Assembly: GCA_018812625.1 (NCBI GenBank)
Contig: JAHJDH010000012.1
Span: forward strand, 1-63,147
Length of the DNA stretch: 63,147 nt
Source of the DNA: Candidatus Micrarchaeota archaeon
GTDB lineage: Archaea; Micrarchaeota; Micrarchaeia; Anstonellales; Bilamarchaeaceae
Direction of reading: 5' to 3'
Below are positions 28,496 to 37,513 of this stretch, piece after piece. Numbering within the stretch: position 1 is the stretch's first letter; each line of letters starts with the position of its first letter. The notes beneath the pieces were generated by a model that saw only the letters and a list, made by a program, of their open reading frames with translations, ran no database searches and was not told where the DNA came from. The position numbers and the translations under genes are program-made.

Positions 28496-31400
28496 TTATT
28501 CTGCATCTCTATTTGCACGAGCAAAAGTCATGATGTGTGATGAGAGTCCTTTTCGAGCGCGCCTTGCATCAAATGTAACTTCAGTTATCTCTTCATGCGC
28601 TTCTTCGCCCTCACCTGTACTTGCTTTTACTACTTCTACTCCCCAGCCTTTTCTTAACTGTGCGCTTCTTTTGCTGGTTCCCTCAAGCACTCTTAGAACT
28701 TCTCCTTTAACTGCAGTTTCAGCTCTAGCTCGGTCTCCGCCATATAGCTTTTGCAGGGACTCTTGGTCTTCATACAGTCTTTCAAATGTTATATCCACGA
28801 ATTCTGTCCATTCTGTGAATCTCTCATCAGCATAGAACTGGCTTGCTACCTTGGTTTGCTCTGCTTTTGTTGGGCCTGCTCTTGTCTCAGTAGATCTCAT
28901 ATCCTCTGCACTGAATATGTAACCGGCATTAATTGCACCCTGAGCGCTTTTTCCTCTTGGCTCTGTAAACGGATCATAATCACTTACTGATCCTCCAGAT
29001 TCCTTATGCCTTACAAGAAGCTGTACAAACTGATCTGATCTTCCAGTGTTTATCTTGTACAGTGCACCATTTTTGACGAACTTTTCAAGAAGTTCTCGAA
29101 CATCTGGCTGGGCAACAAACGCATCTTTTGAAGGTTGCAGTTGTAAGTTGAGCTGGGATATTGCTTTTTCTGCTTGATTCAGTCTATACTCGGTTGTACA
29201 GTCTTCGTCCCATCCGCTCTCTCCTGCCTTTGTCATAACCTTGGCAAATGTGCTTCTCATGGTTTCTTCTGGAACTTCATCTGAAAGTGGATTTGGAGTG
29301 CCTTCTCCTGTTGATATTTCGCTTCTCCAAGCTGCCAGGAATTCTTCTCTGTGTTCAGTCTTTACAAATCTCTCTGCTTCACCGCGATTTACAAGTGGAA
29401 GCATAAGTGTTGTTACCATTGTTTTCTGTGCAACTGCAAAGTCAACATTTTCATCTCCACTGATTCCGAATCTTTCCATAGCCTCATCCTGTTGTTCAGT
29501 GATAAGGAATCTTCGCTCGTTCCAGGTAATCATGTTCTTGGTATCTCGAAGGAATGCACCATCTATTTTTGCGCCTCCTTCTTCACCTTCCTCTCCCTGC
29601 TGAGTTCTAAGATAATTGACAAATTCATCTGCTTTTTGTCTGTTGAGCTTTAGTTTATCTGTAATTTGTTCAGTATCCATTTCAAGCAAACAACATACTG
29701 GCATTGCTTTGTTTGGTACCCATCCCTCATCAGTAACAAGGTCGGGTGCGCTAAATGCTGCAACATCATCATCATTTTCAAAACTGAATGGAGCAGCTTT
29801 GCAGCTTTCTGGAATATGTACCTTTTTCGTGCTGCATGTTTCAGGGGTATCAACTGGAAGTTCTCTTGGCTCACTCTTTACTCTGATAAGTGATCTTCTC
29901 TCCTGGAAGAATCTCAGAACTTCTGGATTCTCAGCAACCCACTCAAGATTTTCTTCACCTCGAACTCCATAATTGTCCCTGTAAAATTGTTCTCCTCTAC
30001 CAGCTAGTTTGGTGTAATCATCCTTACTGTCATTGATGAGTCTTCTATGAGTTTGTGGTGTGTCAACTGAAGTTATCCATGTCCATGGCTGATATAATCT
30101 GCTGTGTCCATCCAATGCAAACCTAGTATTTTGGGGAACAGTTGCAGTGTAATGCTGCCATACACTTGGAGATGCATAATTTCCATAAATTCCAGTTCCA
30201 ACTACATACCCCAATGTGATTGCATGTATAATTCCAACGTGCCATCTTTTGAGGTTGAACCATCCAAACATTTTGTATGTTTTTTTATTGTCATTTCCAA
30301 TTCTTGGAATAACCTGTCTTCTTTCTTTAATTAAATTCTTTACGAGTGTTCTGAGTGTTGTGATAGTGTATACTTTACCTGCTATCCATCCAATTACATC
30401 AAGGGTGAAGAATGTTCTATAGAAGCCATGTGCAATTCTGTCAAATAACCCCTCCACATTCATATGCAATGCTTCAACTTTTTCTCCAGTCTTTTCCCAA
30501 ATAGTTTTTGCAATAACCCACTGCGTTTCACTGATCTCTCCGATCTCCATGATAGAACCATCTTCAAGTTTCTTAATTGCAAGTTTAGCTGCTTCCCGAG
30601 CCGGGTATGCATACTTGTTCTTGAATTTTGTGCATTTTCCTTCAACATATCCTTTTGGAAGATTCATGTTTCTTGTTGCTTCAACTATTTTTTGAAGTTC
30701 TTTCTTTACTTCTTCAGGTAATTCTGAGGTTTCAACATCTTCTGCAAGCTTGTTGATTTTTGCATTAAATTCTTCCCATTCCTTTTCAAAAGATTCTTTT
30801 GCAACCTGCTCAATTGTTTTTGCAAATCCTCCAGTTTCTTTGATTTGTGGTCCTCTTTCATTTGCAAGTGCTTGCATCAATGACTCTTTTTCTGAAAGAG
30901 CTTCTTCAACATCATCTAATATCAATGTGATTTTTGGATATTCTGCCCATTTCATTGTTTCAGGCATTTCTTTCAAAAGTCCAGCATCATTTGCCTCAAG
31001 GAGTTTTCTTCTGAATGCTGTTTCAAATTCTGTAAGTTTTTTTACAAAGAATTTTCTTTTGCCAGAAGCTTCCTGATATGCTGCGCTTACTCCTTTTAAC
31101 AGACTGGTAAGGCGTGTAACATTTTGTTCTGCAATTTCAACTTCCTGATTAAGGTTCTCTTCAATTTGCCTTACCTGCTCTACCTTATCTCCAACAATCT
31201 CTCCTTTATCTCTTGCCTGCTTGATTTTTTCAGCTGCTTCTGATCTTTTTTGTTTTGCATCTTGCAATATTGCCTGAGCTTCTTTTACTTTAGGAATTAG
31301 AGTATTCATCGGCTCTGCTGCCTGTTCAACTGCTTCTTTGCTGACCTGCTCAAGTCCAAGACCTGGAACTCCTGTTTCGGCATGGATTTCATTTGAAGGA

Positions 31401-32260
31401 GTTTGCATAATCTCCCGAACCACTTTTCTAAACTCATCAACTGTTCTCTCTATTGGTTCATTTGATTTTTGCTCTAGATAAGTATCTACGTAATTAGGAT
31501 CAACAAGTCCTCTTTGAACTCTTAATTTTGCATCTGTAGTAAGGGACTTTCTCTCAGATAGCTGTTTAAGGACACTACCAATGTATTCACCCTCTGTACC
31601 CTGGCTCTCTGTTTTGGCAACATTTTCCAAAAATGCGAAAAATGCTTCTGGCGGTGATGGGCATTCTGCATTCCATCCTCCCCAAAATTCTGCGGCTCCT
31701 CCTCTTACCATTACTGATTTCAATCCTATTAATGTAACATATAATATATCAAGGTCATCTGCTGATAACTCCTCGACGGTACGTTTCTTAAGCATTCCAG
31801 CAAGTCTTTCTCTTACCTTAACCATCTGTTCTTTGTATTTTGGACTTGCTTCCTCTAGCGGAGTTGGAAGCTGGTCCTGATTTCTTACGATTGCAATGAA
31901 CTGATCCTGGCACATTACTGTTCGCATCAAATCGTCTGAAGTTTCATATCCTTCTGCTCTGACGTTTCCTCTTCGAAGTGCATTAATGAGTATCTTGTTA
32001 AAGCCATGAAGCCCTGCATTTGCAACGTCTGAGCTGTCTGCTCCTTTTGTTGCCTTTCCTTTTGCTTCTTCATGTTCATCTCGAGCAGCAAGCCTTGCCC
32101 GCTCTTCATCTGCGGCAATTAGGGTTTTTCTAGACCTTGAAAATGGTCTGGCTGCCCAACCTTTTTTTGCTGCTCCCCCTACTGCTCCAGCTGCTCTTCT
32201 AGCTACTCCAACTGCTGGATCTCTCGTCTGTGCTTGTTTCATACCTGTACTATCCGCCAT
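28496..32260 (-). CDS. 1254-aa coiled-coil membrane protein, paralogous at the C-terminus to the 2885-aa protein
   Basis: Long heptad region (~30700-31330), hydrophobic segments at ~30170-30415, shared C-terminal GTSxRSAxLR domain. Confidence 0.88.
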   Translation of the reverse strand: MADSTGMKQAQTRDPAVGVARRAAGAVGGAAKKGWAARPFSRSRKTLIAADEERARLAARDEHEEAKGKATKGADSSDVANAGLHGFNKILINALRRGNVRAEGYETSDDLMRTVMCQDQFIAIVRNQDQLPTPLEEASPKYKEQMVKVRERLAGMLKKRTVEELSADDLDILYVTLIGLKSVMVRGGAAEFWGGWNAECPSPPEAFFAFLENVAKTESQGTEGEYIGSVLKQLSERKSLTTDAKLRVQRGLVDPNYVDTYLEQKSNEPIERTVDEFRKVVREIMQTPSNEIHAETGVPGLGLEQVSKEAVEQAAEPMNTLIPKVKEAQAILQDAKQKRSEAAEKIKQARDKGEIVGDKVEQVRQIEENLNQEVEIAEQNVTRLTSLLKGVSAAYQEASGKRKFFVKKLTEFETAFRRKLLEANDAGLLKEMPETMKWAEYPKITLILDDVEEALSEKESLMQALANERGPQIKETGGFAKTIEQVAKESFEKEWEEFNAKINKLAEDVETSELPEEVKKELQKIVEATRNMNLPKGYVEGKCTKFKNKYAYPAREAAKLAIKKLEDGSIMEIGEISETQWVIAKTIWEKTGEKVEALHMNVEGLFDRIAHGFYRTFFTLDVIGWIAGKVYTITTLRTLVKNLIKERRQVIPRIGNDNKKTYKMFGWFNLKRWHVGIIHAITLGYVVGTGIYGNYASPSVWQHYTATVPQNTRFALDGHSRLYQPWTWITSVDTPQTHRRLINDSKDDYTKLAGRGEQFYRDNYGVRGEENLEWVAENPEVLRFFQERRSLIRVKSEPRELPVDTPETCSTKKVHIPESCKAAPFSFENDDDVAAFSAPDLVTDEGWVPNKAMPVCCLLEMDTEQITDKLKLNRQKADEFVNYLRTQQGEEGEEGGAKIDGAFLRDTKNMITWNERRFLITEQQDEAMERFGISGDENVDFAVAQKTMVTTLMLPLVNRGEAERFVKTEHREEFLAAWRSEISTGEGTPNPLSDEVPEETMRSTFAKVMTKAGESGWDEDCTTEYRLNQAEKAISQLNLQLQPSKDAFVAQPDVRELLEKFVKNGALYKINTGRSDQFVQLLVRHKESGGSVSDYDPFTEPRGKSAQGAINAGYIFSAEDMRSTETRAGPTKAEQTKVASQFYADERFTEWTEFVDITFERLYEDQESLQKLYGGDRARAETAVKGEVLRVLEGTSKRSAQLRKGWGVEVVKASTGEGEEAHEEITEVTFDARRARKGLSSHIMTFARANRDAE

Positions 32261-32467
32261 ATTTACACCTGATTATCATTATATTTCAATTATACTCAGT
32301 AGTATAATGTGTCTCCTATTCTTTTTAAATGTATTTATTTGTGGGGTTTCGTGCAAAGTCCAAATCCGCAGATTTCCACATGCCTATTTGATCGTAAATA
32401 GAAGAATATTTAGTGGAAATCTCCACCTGTCAAAATACAACTGCGGGCCTACTGAGCATTTTGACAA

Positions 32468-33928
32468 TCAGACAATCCTATCAATTATTTTCTTTGCATC
32501 AAAAGGCTCAAGATCTGTATATTGTTGTCCCATTCCAACATAAATAATAGGGATTCCTGTTGCCTTGTTTATTGAAAGCATAGTTCCTCCCTTAGGATCG
32601 CAATCTAGTTTTGTGAGAATTACCCCATCTATTCCAATTTCTTTGTTAAATGAAGAAATCTGTTCAATTATTGCATTTCCTGCAATGCTCTCTCCAATAT
32701 AAATTGTTAGATCAGGTTCAATTACCCTTGTCATTTTCTTCATTTCATTGATCAGGCTGATGTTTGTATCCTGCCGTCCTGCAGTATCAATTAAAACAGC
32801 ATTAATTCCATGAGCTTTTGCATAATTGGCCGCATCATAGGCAACAGAAGTAGGATCACTGCCATATTCTCTTTTTATCATCTTGACATTCAATCTGTCT
32901 GCGTGCACCTGCATCTGTTCAATTGCAGCTGCTCTAAAAGTATCTGCTGCAGCAAAAACAACCTTTTGATCATTGTCAAGAAGCAGTTTTGCAACCTTTG
33001 CAATAGTTGTTGTTTTTCCAGCGCCATTGATTCCAAGAAATATTATTTTTACTGGTTCGCTAGATGATTTGACACGTTCAAGTATGTCAAATATATTTTC
33101 ATTTTCAAGCATATCAACCAATGTTTCCTTCATTGTCTGATTGATAAAAGAATGAAGATCATCTTTTTTGATTTTGCTTCCAATCAATTTTTCGCTAAGC
33201 TCAGCGCGTATTGCTTCTGCAACAGACATTTCAACATCTGCTTCAAGCAATTCAAGCTCAAACTCTTCAAGAAGGTTTTCTACATCCTTTGAGCTTATCT
33301 CAACTTCTCTAGTGATAAAACTTTTAATTGCACCAAGAGCCCCAACTTTTATCCTTTCCTTTGGTTTTTCTTCAACAATTTTTTCAGGCTCTTTTTCAGG
33401 ACTTTTTTCTTCTACAATCCTTTCAGGTTCTTCTTTTGGAAAAACTATCTCTTCGGGTTTTTCAATTTTTGGCGTGGTGATTTCTTCAGGCTCAGACATT
33501 TCAACAGGTTCTTCAATAACTTCTTCAGGCTGAGAAATTTCATTTGCCTCTTCAATTATTTCTTCATATTGAACATCCTCTTCTTCATCAGTTATTTCTT
33601 GTTCTGGCGAAATAACTTCAACAGGTTCTTCAATTATTTCTTCTTTGATAATTGGTTTTTCTTGAGGAGTAGATTTTTCAATTTTCTTTTCTGGAGTTGT
33701 TTTAACCGGTTCTGGTTTTTTCTCTGACTTGGCTTCTGGTTTTTTTTCAATAACTGCCTTTGGTTTCTCTACAGGTTTGGTTTTTTTCTCTTGTTTTTTT
33801 ACAGGTTTACTTTCTTTCTTCTTTTCAACCTGGACTTTTTTCTTTTCTGGTTTTGGTTCTTTCTCTTCTTCGGTTTTAGTGAGTTTGTCAACAAACCCTC
33901 CGATTTTTTTCTTTAAGAAGTCAAACAT
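32468..33928 (-). CDS. ftsY: SRP receptor FtsY with long acidic/Lys-rich N-terminal domain
   Basis: GINGAGKTTTIAK, DTFRAAAIEQ, DTAGR, TKLD. Confidence 0.97.
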   Translation of the reverse strand: MFDFLKKKIGGFVDKLTKTEEEKEPKPEKKKVQVEKKKESKPVKKQEKKTKPVEKPKAVIEKKPEAKSEKKPEPVKTTPEKKIEKSTPQEKPIIKEEIIEEPVEVISPEQEITDEEEDVQYEEIIEEANEISQPEEVIEEPVEMSEPEEITTPKIEKPEEIVFPKEEPERIVEEKSPEKEPEKIVEEKPKERIKVGALGAIKSFITREVEISSKDVENLLEEFELELLEADVEMSVAEAIRAELSEKLIGSKIKKDDLHSFINQTMKETLVDMLENENIFDILERVKSSSEPVKIIFLGINGAGKTTTIAKVAKLLLDNDQKVVFAAADTFRAAAIEQMQVHADRLNVKMIKREYGSDPTSVAYDAANYAKAHGINAVLIDTAGRQDTNISLINEMKKMTRVIEPDLTIYIGESIAGNAIIEQISSFNKEIGIDGVILTKLDCDPKGGTMLSINKATGIPIIYVGMGQQYTDLEPFDAKKIIDRIV

Positions 33929-33969
33929 TTTTCAAAACCCTTTTTTTAAATAATTAAAAGGTTAAAAAA

Positions 33970-34416
33970 TTAGATATAATCCTCTCTAATATTATCATCT
34001 ACTCTCTGGCTAAGTCTGTTTTGCTCTTCCATTGTTTGAAGCTGTCCTGATGCGTCTTTGAGTTTGGTTACAATTTTGTTGAATTCTTCAGTCAATTTTG
34101 TAACTGCATTTTTAGTTGCTTCAATTCTTTTTTCAAGCTCAATTTTTGCATTTTCCTTTTTCATTTCCATTAAGTATTGAGCTCCAATTGGAATAAGTAC
34201 ATGTTCTCCTTCAAGTGATCCTCTAACAAGGGCGCCTCCTCCAATCGGGACAAGAGCCTTTTCATCTTTCAATCCTTCAACTGCTTTGAGTGCGTTTGTT
34301 AGATCTACAGTAGTGAGGCTGATTCGCTCAGTTTCACGCTTAATCATTTGGATTTGTTCTTTGTAAACTGCAAGTTCATAATTAAGTTGCATTCTGTTTT
34401 GTTCTGCTGTAGTCAT
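33970..34416 (-). CDS. pfdA: Prefoldin alpha subunit
   Basis: Coiled coil-LVPIGG..LIPIGA-coiled coil; conserved position upstream of ftsY. Confidence 0.92.
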   Translation of the reverse strand: MTTAEQNRMQLNYELAVYKEQIQMIKRETERISLTTVDLTNALKAVEGLKDEKALVPIGGGALVRGSLEGEHVLIPIGAQYLMEMKKENAKIELEKRIEATKNAVTKLTEEFNKIVTKLKDASGQLQTMEEQNRLSQRVDDNIREDYI

Positions 34417-34426
34417 ACAAATCAAC

Positions 34427-34600
34427 TTATGCCTTTTCTACCTTTTCAATGATTATCCTATTTCTCTTGATACCATTGTGCGATCCAAACAATCCATATG
34501 CCTTATCCCGTGCTGCATTTTCAGTTGGTGCTTCAATTGTTTTTGAAAATGGTCTCTTTTCTTTTCCGAGCATTATAGTTCCACTAATATTGAATTCCAT
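34427..34600 (-). CDS. rpl18a: 50S ribosomal protein L18Ae/LX (not in ORF track)
   Basis: Manual translation MEFNISGTIMLGKEKRPFSKTIEAPTENAARDKAYGLFGSHNGIKRNRIIIEKVEKA; conserved synteny. Confidence 0.9.
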   Translation of the reverse strand: MEFNISGTIMLGKEKRPFSKTIEAPTENAARDKAYGLFGSHNGIKRNRIIIEKVEKA

Positions 34601-34617
34601 TGTGAACCCTCCAAATA

Positions 34618-35280
34618 TTATTTTATTAAACCAAGTGCCTCTTCGACACGTCCAAGTTCAAATGCAGTTGTTGCTTCTCCAGCTACATAACCGTGGCTGT
34701 TAACAACAACTCCATAACTAACATATCCTGTTCCAGTATTAATTGTTCCTTTATTGCCACGTACTTTTAGTATATCTTTCAATTGCTCCATTTCATCACT
34801 GCTTGTTTTGAAATGAGTTAAGAATCCATTGTTGGTTGCTATGCAAGTGCTTCCAACAGTACTGTGTCCTGCAATCATCATAGGAACAAGTTCAACGTCA
34901 AGTGCATCTTCCATTTTTTTTACTTCCTTTTTATCAAGATGCGGATTTACTATCCCTGCTTTGTCGTTTGCTGCAATGTTGTTACCATTTGCATTTTGAC
35001 TGTCCTTTGAAACATAAACATTGAGACCGCTTTTTTTGATTTTGTCTGTCTCTTCTTGAGCTATGACATTTGGAAGAATTATTCCATTTGAATTCATAGC
35101 AAGATAAACTCCAAGAAGATTTGAATCAGAGATCCCAACCTTGATGATCTCTGTTTTTAGAGTTTCTTCAACAATTGTCTCAAGTTTTTTCATGCTGTCA
35201 ATCGGCAGCATGGTAAACTCATCATTTGTTTTAATGAACATCCCTATCCAGGGATTTCCAAAGTATGTGGTTTTTATCAT
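34618..35280 (-). CDS. eif6: Translation initiation factor 6
   Basis: GNPWIGMF, SNLLGVY, GNNIAAND, GSTCIATNNG, TTAFELGRVEEAL. Confidence 0.95.
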   Translation of the reverse strand: MIKTTYFGNPWIGMFIKTNDEFTMLPIDSMKKLETIVEETLKTEIIKVGISDSNLLGVYLAMNSNGIILPNVIAQEETDKIKKSGLNVYVSKDSQNANGNNIAANDKAGIVNPHLDKKEVKKMEDALDVELVPMMIAGHSTVGSTCIATNNGFLTHFKTSSDEMEQLKDILKVRGNKGTINTGTGYVSYGVVVNSHGYVAGEATTAFELGRVEEALGLIK

Positions 35281-35720
35281 TTTGTCTCAGCTTTAGCCTC
35301 TTTCTTTGGGTCTTCTTTTGCTGGCTTTTCCGTAGCTTCTGTCTTTTCATCTTTTTTAGCTACTTCTTTGGATTCTTTCTTTGGTTCTTCTTCGAGCTTT
35401 TTCACTGGAACTTTCTTCTCATCCTTCTTTGGTTCCTCTACTTTCTTTGGCTCTTCGATTTTTTCATCTGCCAGGTAGACTCTCGTATAATCTTTGCTTT
35501 TAATTGCCCGAATCTTTATTCTTCTTGGAGGCTTCTGAATGCTTCTTTGCCAAATAAAGCTGTTTAGCGAATTGCTAAGAATAACTCCGGTTTCCTCTTC
35601 TTTCATGTGTTTTGAGATAAATGATCGAAGTATTTTGACTGCTTTTGGAGCTCTCTTGTTTCTAACTGCCTTATATGCATCTCCAAGAGGAATAGTGTAA
35701 ATTCTTTCTAAATCTGCCAT
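35277..35720 (-). CDS. rpl31e: 50S ribosomal protein L31e with Lys/Glu-rich tail
   Basis: ERIYTIPL, RAPKAV, IWQRSIQKPPRRIKI. Confidence 0.95.
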   Translation of the reverse strand: MADLERIYTIPLGDAYKAVRNKRAPKAVKILRSFISKHMKEEETGVILSNSLNSFIWQRSIQKPPRRIKIRAIKSKDYTRVYLADEKIEEPKKVEEPKKDEKKVPVKKLEEEPKKESKEVAKKDEKTEATEKPAKEDPKKEAKAETK

Positions 35721-35725
35721 AATAA

Positions 35726-35881
35726 TCACTCTATCCTAAGTTTGTCGGTTCTCCAGTCTCTTCTATTTCTGTTCTGGGTGACCTTTCTCTCAGTTCTAAT
35801 CATAACAAACGCGGGTATCCGCTTGATCTTTCTCTTTGCTTTTGAAAGCCTCATCTTTTTTCCTAACTCTTTGCTTCCCAT
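35726..35881 (-). CDS. rpl39e: 50S ribosomal protein L39e (not in ORF track)
   Basis: Manual translation MGSKELGKKMRLSKAKRKIKRIPAFVMIRTERKVTQNRNRRDWRTDKLRIE. Confidence 0.93.
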   Translation of the reverse strand: MGSKELGKKMRLSKAKRKIKRIPAFVMIRTERKVTQNRNRRDWRTDKLRIE

Positions 35882-35891
35882 AAATATCAAC

Positions 35892-36173
35892 CTATTTTTT
35901 ATGAAACGTGATTTTGGTTTCTTTTTCTGTTTGGCCTTTTATTGCTCGAAGAAGAGAGAGCAATTCAACATCCCCAATTCTTCTTCCCATACGCTTATAC
36001 AGCATAAGGGCGTTTTTTGCTGCCATCAAATACATATCATTGTTGGCAACCGATACATTCATTATACGATCATAAGCATCTTCAGTCAAAGCAGTTCTTA
36101 ATGCTGATTTGAGTTGTTCCTGAATCCTTTTTGTTTCTTGACGCTTTTTTCTGATCTCTTCTTCATCATTCAT
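35892..36173 (-). CDS. PDCD5-like dsDNA-binding protein
   Basis: ALRTALTEDAYDRIMNV..., LLSLLRAI...KITFHKK; canonical position after rps19e. Confidence 0.85.
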   Translation of the reverse strand: MNDEEEIRKKRQETKRIQEQLKSALRTALTEDAYDRIMNVSVANNDMYLMAAKNALMLYKRMGRRIGDVELLSLLRAIKGQTEKETKITFHKK

Positions 36174-36174
36174 T

Positions 36175-36582
36175 TCAGACGCACTCTTTGGCAATACCAT
36201 CCATGAAAGCTCTTCCTTTTGCACTGAGCACTCTTCCTTGTTTTTCTTTTACAAGGAATCCTGCCTTTTCTAGTTGTTGCATTGCCTTTCTGATTGTAGA
36301 TCCGCCTGCATCAACGTGTTTTTCGGGTCTTACTCCCCTTCTCTTTCTTCCACCATAATGCTTTCGGAGCTTTTGAACTCCAACAGAATTGTGGACATAT
36401 ATTTGTCTGAGAACGGATGCACATCGAACATACCAGAAATCATCATCCTCTGGTGGTCTTTCTGCATGAGCCCCACTCTTAACAATGCCAACGAATGTTG
36501 GCTTCTCTATCTTCATCTCTTTCAATTTCAAAGCTGCATTTTCAATGAGCTTATTTGCTTCTACGTCAAATACTGTGACCAT
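36175..36582 (-). CDS. rps19e: 30S ribosomal protein S19e
   Basis: VKSGAHAERPP, WYVRCASVLR, GGSTIRKAMQQLE. Confidence 0.96.
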   Translation of the reverse strand: MVTVFDVEANKLIENAALKLKEMKIEKPTFVGIVKSGAHAERPPEDDDFWYVRCASVLRQIYVHNSVGVQKLRKHYGGRKRRGVRPEKHVDAGGSTIRKAMQQLEKAGFLVKEKQGRVLSAKGRAFMDGIAKECV

Positions 36583-36724
36583 GTATACACCTTACCTTGT
36601 TGAAACCCATGGTTTTAAATGTAAAATTTGGATGCAACGGTATCACTTTGGTATATACAATACTATTAAAAGCTATCTTTCGAGCCATCTGGGGTTTAAA
36701 ACTCTTCTTTTGAAAGAAACTTGT

Positions 36725-37375
36725 ATGTCTTATTATGGAGTTTATATTATTGGCAGATCATTTGCTACTATAAATGCAGAGCCTGGAAAAAAGGTCTACG
36801 GTGAGAAGCTGAGCAAAAAGGATGGGAAAGAATTTCGCCAATGGGATGCATTTCGAAGCAAACTCTGTGGTGCCATGAAAAAAGGCCTCAAAACATTTCC
36901 ATTTACAAGCGGAAGCAAAATTCTTTATCTTGGAGCATCTACAGGAACTACTATCTCTCATCTTTCTGATATTGTAGGCGTGGAAGGCGAAATTTATTCA
37001 GTTGAGATAGCCCATCAGTGCATGAAACTTTTTCTAAAAAATATGGAGAATCGTGAAAATGTCATTCCAATCCATGCCAATGCCAAAAAACCTGAGGAGT
37101 ATGAAGAGGTTGGGCAGGTTGAGATTATTTATCAGGATGTTGCGCAGCCTGATCAGGACGATATACTAATCCGAAATGCCAAAATGTTTTTGAAGCCTGG
37201 AGGAATTGCAATGTTTTGCATCAAAAGCCAAAGTATTGATGTAACAAAACCTCCAGACGTTGTGTTTTCCGAGGTTATAGCAAAACTTGAGGAGCATTTC
37301 GAGGTTTTGGAAAAAATGAAGCTTGAGCCCTATGATAAGGACCATCTTTTTGTGGTTCTCAAGTATAAAGGCTAG
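36725..37375 (+). CDS. flpA: Fibrillarin-like rRNA/tRNA 2'-O-methyltransferase
   Basis: PGKKVYGE, RQWDAFRSKL, LYLGASTGTTISHLSD, QDVAQPDQ. Start at ATG 36725. Confidence 0.95.
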   Translation: MSYYGVYIIGRSFATINAEPGKKVYGEKLSKKDGKEFRQWDAFRSKLCGAMKKGLKTFPFTSGSKILYLGASTGTTISHLSDIVGVEGEIYSVEIAHQCMKLFLKNMENRENVIPIHANAKKPEEYEEVGQVEIIYQDVAQPDQDDILIRNAKMFLKPGGIAMFCIKSQSIDVTKPPDVVFSEVIAKLEEHFEVLEKMKLEPYDKDHLFVVLKYKG

Positions 37376-37406
37376 ATTTATATTATTTAACTGGGTAATT
37401 TTATAC

Positions 37407-37509
37407 GGGGCAGACTGTCGGAAAGTGATACTTTCGCACATAGACCTCTTGGTCTTGGTGGCAAAATTTGTGTGTAACTTTTCGTACAGCGCTTCGGCGT
37501 TGCTGCCCC
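37407..37509 (+). ncRNA. Unclassified 103-nt structured RNA candidate
   Basis: GC-rich island between convergent genes. 7-bp terminal stem GGGGCAG/CTGCCCC, C(UUCG)G hairpin, two more hairpins, TATA-like TTTATATT ~25-30 nt upstream, T-rich tail. Strand is inferred. Confidence 0.5.
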
Positions 37510-37513
37510 TATT

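Noticed and set aside
33168-33900. EEPVE/PEKIVEE repeats in FtsY and the KE-rich tail of L31e
   Set aside because: Low-complexity charged extensions are common in these proteins.
37407-37509. Calling this element a tRNA, 5S rRNA or C/D box sRNA
   Set aside because: The T-loop equivalent is 4 nt, there is no D or anticodon arm, no 5S loop C (CCGAAC), and no CUGA box D. Kept as unclassified.
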